From Hypanus sabinus (taxonomy: Eukaryota), in contig NC_082707.1 of assembly GCF_030144855.1 (NCBI RefSeq), forward strand, positions 55,428,001-55,492,000: a DNA stretch of 64,000 nt, in the 5' to 3' direction. Shown in pieces: positions 12,691 to 24,154 of the stretch. The notes beneath the pieces are model-generated. The model worked only from the letters and a program-made list of their open reading frames with translations. It did no database searches and had not been told where the DNA came from. The position numbers and the translations under genes are program-made. The first letter of the stretch is position 1. Each line of letters starts with the position of its first letter.

Positions 12691-14359
12691 CTGTTGCTCC
12701 TATATTCCATGACACAGCTGATGAAAGCAGTTATCTCATATCCTTCTTAATTACTTTGTCTGGTTGTACTGTTGTCTTTGGGGATTTTTGGACATCAACA
12801 CCAAGATCCCTCTATTCATCAGTACTTCCTGGGATCCTAAAGTTAATAGTGTTAATCTTAACCTCATGAATTTACCTGAAAGTGACTCTTCTTAATATCA
12901 ACACCACCACCAATTTTCATGTAATTTGTCAACTTGGTAAATATGCCTACTACATTTATATCCAGAACAATATTGCATATAAACATAAACAAAGGTCCCA
13001 GCACCAATCTTTATGGTGTTCCACTTTCATTTGCTTTAAAAAAAATCCTTCACCTTCATCCATTCTGAATGTCTGTCAAAACCCCGGCAATCTCCTCCCT
13101 TGCCTTCTGTAGCAAACTGAAAAAAAATTATCTTGTCGCAGATATTTACCCACCTTGAAGACAAATAATACTTCCTCCTTTTCAATGGTAATTTATTCTA
13201 AAGTTTCACCCTCCCAAATTCTCCACTCATAACATCCTTTAGCGATGCTTAAAACTTCCTCCTTATTGTCACATTCAAAGAACACATTGCATATTCACTG
13301 TTTTTCAACCCCTACCTACTTATATGTTCCACTACCCTGATAGCGAGCAAGTCCGGAACAAGAATTGCAGCCTGGGGATATGGACTAAACCTGTCAGGAT
13401 TCAGATGGGATGAATTTCCTTCAAAGAGGGATGAACCTTTGGAATTTTCAACTGCAAAAGGCAAATGAGGCAAAAAATGCTAAAAAAAAAAATCAGTAGA
13501 TAGGGTTCTTATGGCTAAAGGTTAAGAACCAGGCTGAATTTGGATGATCAGCCATGTGAAACTGATTGGCTTACTCACTTTACAATTTTTCTACTTCTGT
13601 GCTTTCTTCAACCTTGCAATGCCCAAAGACCCATTGCCATGACATCAACTGATTTAATGGTAAGCATCTTTGATGTTCCAAACTGGCACTGTCATTATTG
13701 ACAGTTTCCTCAAGGGTTTCAAAAACTACTTCCCCTATTTTATTTCACTAGTTGATTTTTCTTGGCTTTTATCTCACTTGGAACTCAGTATTTAATGTCA
13801 GTAGGATCAGTAAGAATGTGATGGGAAGCTTTCTTAAACAACTACTGCATTCCATTTACACTGAAGCAGCACTTAAAGTGAACATCATTAGTTATAGTCT
13901 GAACAGGGCACCAGTTAAGAATGTTATCTTTGTGGTCCAGGCAGAAAGATGGATTTGAAATAAGGATCAGCCTTAGTTCTTTTGGACAATGTGAAGATGT
14001 CAAAAATCTAAATCTGCCTCTCTTCCTTGTGTGTTCATAGAAGTGTCTGTTTTGTATCCAGGCCTATCAATGGAAATTTAAGCAGGTGCCCTACTTTATA
14101 CAGTTTAAAATTAAAAATAGTGATAGGTCTACTACATTGGCCATTGAATTAGTTCTGATTTAGTCTATGCAAAGCTGAAATGTTGTCAACAACTTTTACT
14201 GAGATAGTTTACATCTTTAAAATATACACAGAAACAAAATCTCTATTTTCCCTTGCTCCACCATTTGCAAAAGATGTAACAATCGTGGAAACGATCTATT
14301 TCCTGGCTGTAAGAACTCAAAATCCTTTTTAGAAGGTTCCTCAATTTACAAACGTTCAG

Positions 14360-14680
14360 GGCCATACAGCATGGGAACAGGCTCTTCAGCCCACCAATTT
14401 GATACCAACCATAAGCACCTACTTACGTAACTCCTAAATTACCCTTCTCCCCATATTTCCATACATGCTTTCAGATTCTACCACTCACCAGAGGCAATTC
14501 ACAGTAGTCAAAAACATAACAACATGTGCATCTCTGGATCTGGGAAGAAATAGAACACAGAGGAAGCCAATATGGTAACTGGGAAAATGTGCTATCTCCA
14601 TACAGAGACCATTAGTGATCAGGAATAAATCTGATCAAGTCACTGGAGTAGCAACACAGCAGCTCATCTGACTGTACTAC
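14360..14680 (-). mobile_element. Degraded V-SINE-like (tRNA-derived) SINE
   Basis: Reverse complement of the V-domain core (tgggaagaaa...gaggaagcca..gtaactgggaaaatgtgc) with a CR1-like tail. Confidence 0.5.
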
Positions 14681-16134
14681 TGTATGCTTATTTTTTAATG
14701 TTCATTAGAGTATCAATATATCTGAGATATGTATGCCAAAGAGTTAATGTGTCACACCTCCAGGCACATTGTGCAAAACTCCACCATAATATATTAATCC
14801 TACCTTTTTAACTTACCAAATTCCGTTTAACAAGATTATTGCAGAATGACACTTTTCTACCTATTATTTCACAATAGTAACTTGTATGGATTGAGACAAA
14901 TGAGTGTGCCTCATAATTAATGGACAGCATCATCCTTACCCGTTAAATAAATTATTTTACTGATTCACCTCTGGCTTCAGCTCACCAAGTGCCGGTTAGA
15001 TCCATGTTCAGAGAGATCGAAGAAAACATGAAGAAAATATTCAGTTCAGGCACATAAAAGGCAGAGTAAATCAACTCCAAAAAAATTGATGTGCAATTTC
15101 ATAGAGACTGCAGCTACTAAAATCAAAAGCCAAACAATAATTTTTAACAGGAGTGCAACATTCTTTGTTTAACACACAAGTATCTGTCTTCACAGAATCT
15201 GCTTTGAGTTAACCTTATGAACTTTAATCACACCTATCAAGATAATGTTTGAAAAGTCATGTATGAAAATAACATTACATTCAGATGTTCATGTTACTAC
15301 ATTGGCACGGCTTAGAAGCAGTAGCATTAATCAACAATACACAAACTACTGTCAGTTAGAACTCTAGCCCTGGCACTCAACCAGAATTTGCAGATCAAAT
15401 TGCAATCCAGCTACAGACCATTTCAATTACATTAAACAGTTTGCATTTACTGATTTGTTCTGCTCACAAGGAGAGATGAATTACTTCAGTTATTCTGAAT
15501 TAAATTGAAATATCATGAACCTGTTCAGACCTTCCATTGAAAACAGCAATGATGTAAAAGAATCCTCTTTGCAACTTACTTGGAACTACAGCAGGGAATC
15601 AGCAACAAAACTGGAAAGAACATTACTGATCAAATTTACTATTCCTGACACATATATCTCTGGAGAAAAAATCTGTTTAAACATGAAGGATTGACGGCCA
15701 CTGTAAACAATTTCCTAATCTACTAATTCAGGCAATGTCAGTCTTTGCTCCAAAGTTGCTAGTTGTCATCAGTTCTGCTCTTGGAGAGGTAACCAGGTGT
15801 GATACAGGGATACTATTCAATGGAAAGCCATACATGCAGTGGTAAACCAATGTGCGTACAAATAATCAAATTTGAGTCACCTAAGGAGTCACAAGATGAA
15901 GTATAAATTTAAAGTCTGAATATTAGTGTTTTAAAATCCATACAGGTAACATGCAAGAATTTGAAACTAATACCATGATTCCAATTTCTATTTGAAGAAG
16001 CTTTGATATATTTTTGGAATATTGTCATTATTAGTGAAAATTCTTGACTACGCAATGTAGAATTTAAAGCATAAGCGTGGCATTCCTTGTTTACAGCAAG
16101 CAAAAGATGGACTTTCATTGGATTTTTTTCCAAT

Positions 16135-16330
16135 TTAAGATACAGTGTGGAATAGGCCTTTTCGGCCCTTTGAGCCGCTCAGCCCAGTAATCCCCAATTT
16201 AATCCTAGCCAATCACAGGAAAATTTACAATGACCAATTAACCTAGCAACTGGTCATCTTTGGACTGTGGGAGGAAACCCATGCGGTCACAAGGAGAATG
16301 TACAAACTCCTTACAGGCAGCAGCGGGAAT
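16135..16330 (-). mobile_element. V-SINE-like SINE fragment
   Basis: tttggactgtgggaggaaacccatgcggtcacaaggagaatgtacaaactcc is the reverse complement of the V-SINE core. Confidence 0.65.
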
Positions 16331-17280
16331 TTTTACAAGAATGGTGGACATCATCCAGATAGGATTCATCCCTTTTGTAAAAGCAGGAAAGGTTTTAGTT
16401 TTCATAGAGGTGCAGGTCAGAGCTATGAAAACAACATAAACTAGATTAAAAAGAAATTATCTTTCTTTAGATAGGATAATTAAAGGTGATTGGTTATCAA
16501 AAGGGAAGTAATGAATATAGACCCAAACAAATTGATTATTCTTGTTAAAATTTCACAAACCCTGGAACTCAAAGATTAAGATGGGAATGCCATAAGGAGT
16601 TAGCAAGGAAGGCTCCTGATATTAAATTAAGGCAATTTTGAATTGGTCTGTGGAAAAAAAAACCTTTGAGACTTTTTAACCAAAATGTATTACTCTTTTT
16701 TCCCCCTCAAAAGTAGAGACCCATCATTGGGCTAATGAGAATGGCAACATTGATATTCTGTAACAGATACTGGTATTTTATATCTGACTTACTGAAGGTT
16801 ATAACAGTTTTGCAAGATATGCTTTTTTTGGTATTGGAGTTGAAACACTAACAATAATTTTTAGGGAATAAATGAGAGGTACAAATGGAGACCAGTTTCT
16901 GCACATTTCTAGCCAAGCCATTCCCTGCTCATAACAAGAAGAGTTCTAACAAAATAAAAGCTCAGCACCCAGTAATTGAAATTTGAATGTTTCTAGCTCA
17001 CCAATGTGGATAGCTGCATTTTAGAATACAAATACACTCCAAGCAAACTTGAAAACTGGCTTGTGGATCCAGCAGAGTAATTCAAAATGAAATAGACAAT
17101 TTTCAACAACCACCGTCACCCCTCCCAACACAGAAAACCTGATACACAACTGTGAAACCAGGTTGAACAATTTATTGAATTGTGTCACAGGGCACTGCAT
17201 GGAACAAAATCTTCTAAGAGAATAATCAAGCCCTGCCAGCAAAATTACATTGCAGCTTTCAATTCATTAACGTATTGCAA

Positions 17281-17300
17281 CACACACACACACACACACA
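17281..17300. repeat. (CA)10 microsatellite
   Basis: Read directly. Confidence 0.9.
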
Positions 17301-17359
17301 CCAACTTCAGAAGCTACTATGACTTAACATTAGTGAAATATAGCAAACTTCCTCTCATT

Positions 17360-17710
17360 AAAGAATTTTATTTTTTCGGCCCCTTGCTTTCAGCTCCTTT
17401 TTTTTTGGTAGTAGGCATTAATATCTTCTGTTGCTAAGTGTATTTACAGTTTTGGGGGTTTGATTGTCCTGATTTATATTCTCTATATTGTGTTGTGGTT
17501 GGTCTGGAGTTTTTTTTTGGTTGCGGGGCTTGGGGAGGATACTAATTTTACATGTCTTCAATTTGGGTGCTTTCTCAATTATCTTTCTTTGTATCATATT
17601 GTTATTGTATGTTTATTTTTGCACTGTATCAATGTTCTTCATTTTGATCTGGGGGTTTTTATCTGTAGCTATGTAGAAAATGTATAAAAAAAAACTAATA
17701 AAAAAAAAGC
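17360..17710 (+). mobile_element. Probable L1/Tx1-like 3' UTR fragment with poly(A), antisense to the THAP 3' end
   Basis: T/G-rich tract ending in aatgtataaaaaaaactaataaaaaaaaa; no coding motif to confirm the family. Confidence 0.45.
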
Positions 17711-17813
17711 ATTTTAAAGAACTTTTTTTTAAAAAGAACTTTTCATCCATTTGTCCTCCATACAGCCCAACCTTTTCTGCAACTGGACTTATTCAAACAG
17801 CAGCCCCCATTTA

Positions 17814-18770
17814 TTACAATACATTAGTATTCCATAAATCATCAGTTTTATTTTCTCTCAGCTCATTGATAATTTTGGTAAGACTGTCTATTTTCTGCTC
17901 TTTTCTCTTCAATTTTTGTTGAAGTACTCTAAACCTTTGCCGATGTTCTTCATTCTTCTTCCTTTCCCAGGCAAGCTTCTTTTCTAAAGTTCTCCTGATG
18001 GTATCGGGACAAGGGCTCATAAAGTAACTGTGATCTTGAGGAAATGTCATTCCTGACAAATCTTGGTCACCCTGAGAAGAAAGCACATTCTCAGCGGAAC
18101 ACTGCAATTCTTCCGAAGGCTGGACTGCGGGGGTTAGATGATGAGTCTGTGTTTCTGGGATAAGTACTTCTGTAGATATCCAAGTTGTTTCTTCTGGTAT
18201 TATTACTCTGTCAGCTGCTTGATCAGCAGATGATGTGAATAAACATGGCAACACATCAGCAGATACATCCACCGAATCTACAAGTGTGGTACATGTATCC
18301 GATTGTACTTCAGGTCTTGATAATACGTTAGCTGTCCAATGGAGTGCGTCTGAGCACAGAACTGCAGCTGAATCTTGAGGTGCTGCCTCTGAATGACCTA
18401 CAATTAATTCACCTGAAACTGATTCCATTTTTCCCTCTGTTCCAGATGTTTCAGTTTGTGCACTGCAGTTAAAGACAGCAAGAACCTGTGAAGATTCTTC
18501 TTCAGGCTTCAAAGGCATTTCCAATACTTGAGAGAATTCTGCTAAATTTAAGACAGCTGCTGCAGCTAGTTGAGCTAGTCGCCCTGAGTTGAGAGTGTCT
18601 GGTGTTAATGGAGACTGTTCATTTGTTACCTTATTTGGGCTGATTGTTTGACTTAATGTTTCATCAATTAAAGCAGGTTGTGAATTCAAAAGTGACATCT
18701 CCACATCTGAAGATTCCTTATGGTGTCCACCATAAGTCTTTACTTTATTTGACTTTCTGGAGCCTGTCGC
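17814..18770 (-). CDS. THAP-domain protein, exon 3 (acidic linker, DHSY HCF-1-binding motif, coiled coil, stop)
   Basis: tatttttcag|GCGACAGGC acceptor; 957-nt open frame to TAA; DHSY at 18024-18035 followed by the heptad-rich RRTLEKKLAWERKKNEEHRQRFRVLQQKLKRKEQKIDSLTKIINEL. Confidence 0.88.
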   Translation of the reverse strand, partial: ATGSRKSNKVKTYGGHHKESSDVEMSLLNSQPALIDETLSQTISPNKVTNEQSPLTPDTLNSGRLAQLAAAAVLNLAEFSQVLEMPLKPEEESSQVLAVFNCSAQTETSGTEGKMESVSGELIVGHSEAAPQDSAAVLCSDALHWTANVLSRPEVQSDTCTTLVDSVDVSADVLPCLFTSSADQAADRVIIPEETTWISTEVLIPETQTHHLTPAVQPSEELQCSAENVLSSQGDQDLSGMTFPQDHSYFMSPCPDTIRRTLEKKLAWERKKNEEHRQRFRVLQQKLKRKEQKIDSLTKIINELRENKTDDLWNTNVL

Positions 18771-19383
18771 CTGAAAAATAAGATCAGTGAAAATATTTGA
18801 ATAAAAATAATTGACTTTACATTGTATGGTCCATCTCTGAAATAGTGTAAACACTCCAAATATTCCTCATATGCATCGTTGAAGAAAACAACATGATTAC
18901 TTTTCAAAGAACGCGAACAAGAATCAACAGCCCTTCCCTTCATCCTCAAACTACGTACAAATGTGCACCTTTGTGCATCTCTGCAACATCTCTCCTTTAC
19001 ACTCTTTGCTTCTGTAGCCAATTAGAATATAGCAATTCAGCATTCCCATAAAAGATAATTTCTGAATTTCTTTTTGGGACAGCAGTAGTTAATGAAAATG
19101 GACCAGTATCTGGCTTTAGAGAGCAACTTCTTAACCATTTTACGAGTAACATGCATTTGTTACTCAACTACTTAGATTAATTCTGTCAGAATTGACAGAA
19201 AATTAATCAAAATTTGATCTTAATATATGGAAGCCTAAAAAGTTAAGCATATGATTATTACCAGCCAACAAAAGACGTACTTGTAGCCACTTGGAAATAC
19301 AGTACTTAAAGAGTATATTGAAAATTTATACTTAATAAACATTACTAAAAATTATTTAACAGTATAAATACTAGACACAATAC

Positions 19384-19573
19384 CTTATTTTTAGGGGGTG
19401 GAAATATAGTTGGTACAGAGGAAAATTTTAAATGCCTTCTATCATTCCGCTCTTCAAAACACTCTTTTATGAAGTGATCACTGCAAAGAGTTGCCCTTGG
19501 TGATGGTGCCCAGTTTTCTCGTGCCACTGCTTTTAACCATTTTGCCATGAGGTCAGGTCTTGAAATGGGAAAC
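19384..19573 (-). CDS. THAP-domain protein, exon 2
   Basis: gttgtag|GTTTCCC...AATAAG|gtattg; encodes (R)FPISRPDLMAKWLKAVARENWAPSPRATLCSDHFIKECFEERNDRRHLKFSSVPTIF, containing the THAP P, W, CxxHF and AVPTIF-like box. Confidence 0.92.
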
Positions 19574-19879
19574 CTACAACACAACCCAAAATAAGGCAGA
19601 TCAATATGACAGATCAAAAGTGGAATTTTAGATTCATATTGTTCTGAGTTGCCATATCTATCAAAACAAACCTCTGCATTTACCTATATAGCTGCCTATC
19701 AGCAATGACCTAATTGCGTTGAGGTGCCTTAAACTCATAATTAAATGAGTTCATCAGTTCAAGGATCTCAACAGAACAAATTCAAGTCCAAAACACAAAA
19801 TTACCAATCATTACATCAGCAGTACTTCAGATATGAAAATTAATGCATTGCTGAGTCAGAAAACTGATCATATGGGGGA

Positions 19880-20575
19880 AGAAAACTAAAACAGAACTTG
19901 CACTGTGAATGGCAGAACTCTGGAAAGTATTGTTGAATAGAAACTAACTGCAGTATAAAAGCATCATTCCCTGAATGTGATAACACAGGTAGATAGGTTA
20001 GTGAAGGCGGCATATCAGGTACTTGCCTTAATTGAATGAAGCACTGAGTACAGTAACTATGACATTATGTAACAGTTTCAGAAAATATTAGTTAGGTTGC
20101 ACTTAAGAGTATTATGAACATTTCTGATTGATATGATGTAGGAAGAATGAGATTAAGCCAGGGAGGGTACAAAAAAATTCATAGGATGTTGCCCAGATTG
20201 TGTAACTTGAGCCACGAGAAGATGGGGACAGATGACATAATAGAGGGATATAGCTTCAGAGGCATGGATGGGGTATACCACCAGAGTCTGTTTCCCATGA
20301 TAGGCCATCTGAAACTAGAGGGCTTACGTTTAAGGTGAAAGGAAGGTTTAAAAGGGATCTGAGGGCCATGTTGTTCATACAAATTATTGTTGGTATCTGG
20401 AATGAGCTGCCAGAGAAGACTGTGGAACAGTAACAACACTTAAAAGGCATCAATACAAGTACTTGACTGAGCAAAGGCATATGGAAACAATGCAGACATC
20501 TGCATTAATATTGACTGGCAACATGGTCTGTATGAACGTAGGGGTCAAAAGACCCATTTGTATGCTGTACAACTT
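19880..20575 (+). mobile_element. Old CR1 3' relic in THAP intron 1
   Basis: Degraded RMLP, SLFP, WNELP-like motifs and a CR1-like 3' UTR. Confidence 0.65.
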
Positions 20576-20804
20576 GATAATTTTAATAAAATGCAGATCA
20601 CCATATCCCCTACAGAAATACCATGGTTGATCTTCCCCATATTCCCTTTACCCTCCCCCTCCCAGATCCAACCACTCACCTGCACAATGGGGAGCGTTTT
20701 TGGTTGTCAATCACCCCGGGATGGGGAGGAAACCAGAGGGACCCCCACGGGGCTACAGGAAGGACTCCACATAGACAGTACCAGAGCTCAGGATTAAACC
20801 ATAT

Positions 20805-21042
20805 ATCTCTGATAGTGAGGTCAAACAGTGGGAAAATCTCTGATAGTGAGGTCAGAGGGAATATCTCTGATAGTGAGGTCAAAGCGTGGGAATGTCTCTG
20901 ATAGAGAGGTCAAACAGTGGAAATGTCTCTGATAGTGAGGTCAAACAGTGGGAAGGTCTCTCATAGTGAGGTGAATCAGTGGGAATATCTCTGATAGTGA
21001 GGTCAAACAGTGGGAAAATCTCTGATAGTGAGGTCAGAGGGA
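20805..21042. repeat. Minisatellite, 8 units of 27-31 bp (atctctgatagtgaggtcaaacagtgggaat), inside a SINE head
   Basis: Eight consecutive units read directly; flanks are a minus-strand SINE (ccagagctcaggattaaacc ... ctgaaccactgtgc). Confidence 0.92.
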
Positions 21043-21960
21043 CCTGAACCACTGTGCAAGCATTCACACCGCCCATTTATCTCCCATTTGTAACATTATT
21101 TTGCTTATTACGAATTCCATGTGCATTTAGACAAAGTTCTTTTAATTTTGACTTAACTGGAGATATAGCCACACACTCATACAATATGTTCTGTCCCTTT
21201 ATGACAGACTCTGGGTTGCATTAGCACTATCATCTCATGAACACTCACCGCTCCACTCCACTTTATTTAAGCCTCAACAATATCTCTAGTTATTCCATTC
21301 ATAAGGATGCTAAGTCCCAGCCTACTCCAATGGAAGCACATCCCAACAGAACAAGGCCCTCTTCCCTCAGAGCAGAGGCTCCCGACCTGCTTCTACTGAC
21401 TGCTTCCTTAATGGTATTGATCCACAACAAAAAAAGGTTGGGAACCCCCGCTTCAGAGCAACAATAATTGAAACTGATTTCTTGACCCATTCTCAATTTA
21501 TACAACTTTTCTTTCAAACCAATGAATAGAGAAGTTTTCCACTGCAAGAACACATTTTGCTGGGAAGAGATTGAGATGAATGGAACCTGTTCTGTATCTC
21601 TTCACCAGTGATTCCTCAAGTCAACCAGCTGGAGCCTGGAGGTGCAGAATGACAGGATGTGGAATCATATTTTTATCCATGTAGTCAGTCAGATCCGTAA
21701 GGGCGTGTTGAATTGGATTCACTGCCGTAATGGGTAAATCATTCAGCAATCCACCACAACTTTTTAAAAAGTGATAAGATAGAGATATCAAATCTTGAAA
21801 TCCAGTGACAGAACTTTTGCAAGGGAGGTTGCTCTAACTGTATCTTTCCACTTTCCCTAATAAAATACATATCTGGCAAAACCAGTGGTAACTGGATGCA
21901 ACACACACAAAATGCTGGTGGAACACAGCAGGCCAGGCAGCATCTACAGGTAGAAGCGCT

Positions 21961-21995
21961 GTCGATGTTTCAGGCCTAGACCCTTCATCAGGACT
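21961..21995 (-). ncRNA. Minimal type I hammerhead ribozyme motif of the PLE (near-intact relic)
   Basis: Minus strand aguc-CUGAUGA-a-gggu-cuag-gccu-GAAAC-AUC-gac; both core boxes are intact, but the triplet is AUC rather than GUC. Confidence 0.65.
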
Positions 21996-22998
21996 AACTG
22001 AAAGGAGAGATACTAAGAGATTTGAAAGTAGTGGGGGGAGGGGGAAATGCGAAATGATAGGAGAAGACCGGAGGGGGTGGGATGAAGCTAAGAGCTGGAA
22101 AGGTGATTGGCGAAAGTGATACAGAGCTGGAGAAGGGAAAGGATCATGGGACAGGAGGCCTTGGGAGAAAGAAAGGGGGAGGGGGGAGCACCAGAGGGAG
22201 ATGGAGAACAGGCAGGGTGATGGGCAGAGAGAGAGGGAAAAAAACAATATGTCAGGGATGGGGTAAGAAGGGAAGGAGGGGCATTAACGGAAGTTAGAGG
22301 TCAATGCTCATGCCATCAGGTTGGAGGCTACCCAGCCGGTATATAAGGTGTTGTTCCTCCAACCTGAGTGTGGATTCATCTTGACAGTAGAGGAGGCCAT
22401 GGATACACATATCAGAATGGGAATGGGATGTGGAATTAAAATGTGTGGACACTGGGTGATCCTGCATTCTCTGGCGGACAGAGCATAGGTGTTCAGCGAA
22501 ACGGTCTCCCAGTCTGCGTCGGGTCTCACCAATATATAAAAGGCCACACCGGGAGCACCAGATGCAGTATACCACACCAGCCGACACACAGGTGAAGTGT
22601 CGCCTCACCTGGAAGGACTGTCTGGGGCCCTGAATGGTGGTGAGGGAGGGTGTCAGGGCAGGTGTAGCACTTGTTCCGCTTACAAAGATAAGTGCCAGGA
22701 GGGAGATCGGTGGGAAGGGATGGGGGGGGGGGGGGGGGAGAGACAAGTGGACAAGGGAGTCGCATAGGGAGCTTTTTCAGCGAAACGGTCTCCCAGTCTG
22801 TTCTCCATCTCCCCCTGGTGCTCCCCCATCCCCCTTTCTCTCCCATCCCATGATCCTTTCCCTTCTCCAGCTCTGAATCAATTTCGCCAATCACCTTTCC
22901 AGCTCTCAGCATCATCCCATCCCCTCCGGTCTTCTATCATTTCGCACTTCCCCCTCCCCCTCCTACTTTCAACTCTCTTACTATCTTTCCTTTCAGTT

Positions 22999-23033
22999 AG
23001 TCCTGACAAAGGGTCTCGGCCTGAAACGTCGAC
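22999..23033 (+). ncRNA. Second PLE hammerhead motif (core mutated)
   Basis: aguc-CUGACAA-a-gggu-cucg-gccu-GAAAC-GUC-gac; CUGANGA box changed to CUGACAA. Confidence 0.55.
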
Positions 23034-23513
23034 AGTGCTTCTCCCTATAGATGCTGCCTGGCCTGCTATGCTCCACCAGCATTTTGTGTGTGTTGCTTGA
23101 ATTTCCAGCATCTGCAGATTTCCTCGTGTTTGGTAATTAGATGCAACTGTATTTTTGTATGAAAAGGTTATGTATCGATGCCAGAATATTACGTTTTTAA
23201 ACAAACCGACTACATACAATCCCAATTAAAATTAATTTAACAAAGAACACATAATATCCACAGCAATGCGTAAAACTGGACAGTAACAGCATTGCAGAGA
23301 TCACTGGTCAGAGGTCCTGTTTTCAAGAGCTGAAAAAAATTGCTTTTCTTGAGTAAGTAGGATTAAAATCACCACCCAACTTCCCAAAGCACACAAAAGA
23401 ACAGTATGCCTTTCAGACAAGGAAATAAAGCCAGGATTCATCAAGGCAGCTTTAATGAGGCCTAGAGGAGGATCAACCCCCCAAAACAGCGTTCTAGCAG
23501 TCTCACTGCATAC

Positions 23514-23584
23514 CTGTGAAAAGTTATGCCGCTTCCTTTCTTGAAGCGGTTTTTACAGTCGAGTGCACTACACGAGACTGGCAT
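23514..23584 (-). CDS. THAP-domain protein, exon 1
   Basis: ATG at 23584; MPVSCSALDCKNRFKKGSGITFH(R) has the THAP Cx4C start; donor CACAG|gtatgc; phase 2 matches exon 2. Total protein 405 aa. Confidence 0.92.
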
Positions 23585-24154
23585 CGTCCCGGGAAGCCGA
23601 ATACAAGCCCGAACATTCAGCGCCCCGTTGCCTGCAAGAAAGATGGCGGACTGGGCGGCGGTGACGTCACCGGCAAGTCAGACTGGGATTGGATCTCGGT
23701 GAAATAATAAAAATATTCCGAATTTCCTGTCAGCGCTTGAAAGTTCAGTCGTAGATCGCATTGCATTAAGGCGAAAATGATTCTTTCAGCAGGAATTTAA
23801 ACTGCCGTTTGTTTAACCAACACAAGATTTTTTTCGTATGCACAAAGACTAAAGTTCGTGATCTTCAATTACGCAGCTCCCAAACAGCATTAATTTAAAA
23901 CCATATTTGATTGCGTTTTCATTAACTGGATGATATTTTTGTATTCTGTATTACTTGCGTAACTATTCCTTCCGGTAGCACCTACGGCTGTTGTTACAAT
24001 AAACCCTGTTTCCGCCCTCTTCGTCTGATAGGTCAACTAACAAACCCAAATCGATCTAATTGGTGACTGTCCTACCGGTGTCAATAATAGGAACGGAAGA
24101 AATGAGTGACTGTATTTCTCTCAGTATTTACCCTTTCCCCCAGATTCTGCAACA
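23585..24154. promoter_or_regulatory. Probable bidirectional promoter shared by the THAP gene (-) and NCEH1 (+)
   Basis: 570 bp between divergent ATGs. YY1-like AAGATGGCGG at 23640-23649, GC box, palindrome CGGTGACGTCACCG (full CRE) at 23659-23672, ETS-like CTTCCGG near 23970. Confidence 0.7.

Larger units (their letters stand above)
21898..23130 (-). mobile_element. Penelope-like element: GIY-YIG endonuclease 3' part plus an inverted copy of its 3' end, with a 17-bp TSD
   Basis: ORF 22294-22746(-) has FTC...VVYCIWCSRCGLLYIGETRRRLGDRFAEH...HF. Arms 21898-22210 and 22799-23096 are inverted repeats. Flanks tggtaactggatgcaac (21886-21902) and tggtaattagatgcaac (23131-23147). Confidence 0.9.

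Noticed and set aside
18771-18854. N-terminal part of the 346-aa ORF (MFTLFQRW...)
   Set aside because: It lies upstream of the tttttcag acceptor and is intronic read-through.
18740-19021. 93-aa minus-strand ORF as an extra THAP exon
   Set aside because: Splicing from phase-0 exon 2 to the candidate acceptor (ctacag|AAG CAA AGA GTG TAA) hits a stop at once, while exon 2 joins 18770 cleanly.
20805-21042. CRISPR-like repeat array
   Set aside because: Units are contiguous with near-identical 'spacers', there are no cas genes and the DNA is vertebrate. It is a minisatellite.
17814-23584. Assigning THAP1, THAP3 or THAP5 as the gene symbol
   Set aside because: Architecture is similar, but length, linker and genomic neighbourhood do not match what I recall for these genes; a phylogeny is needed.
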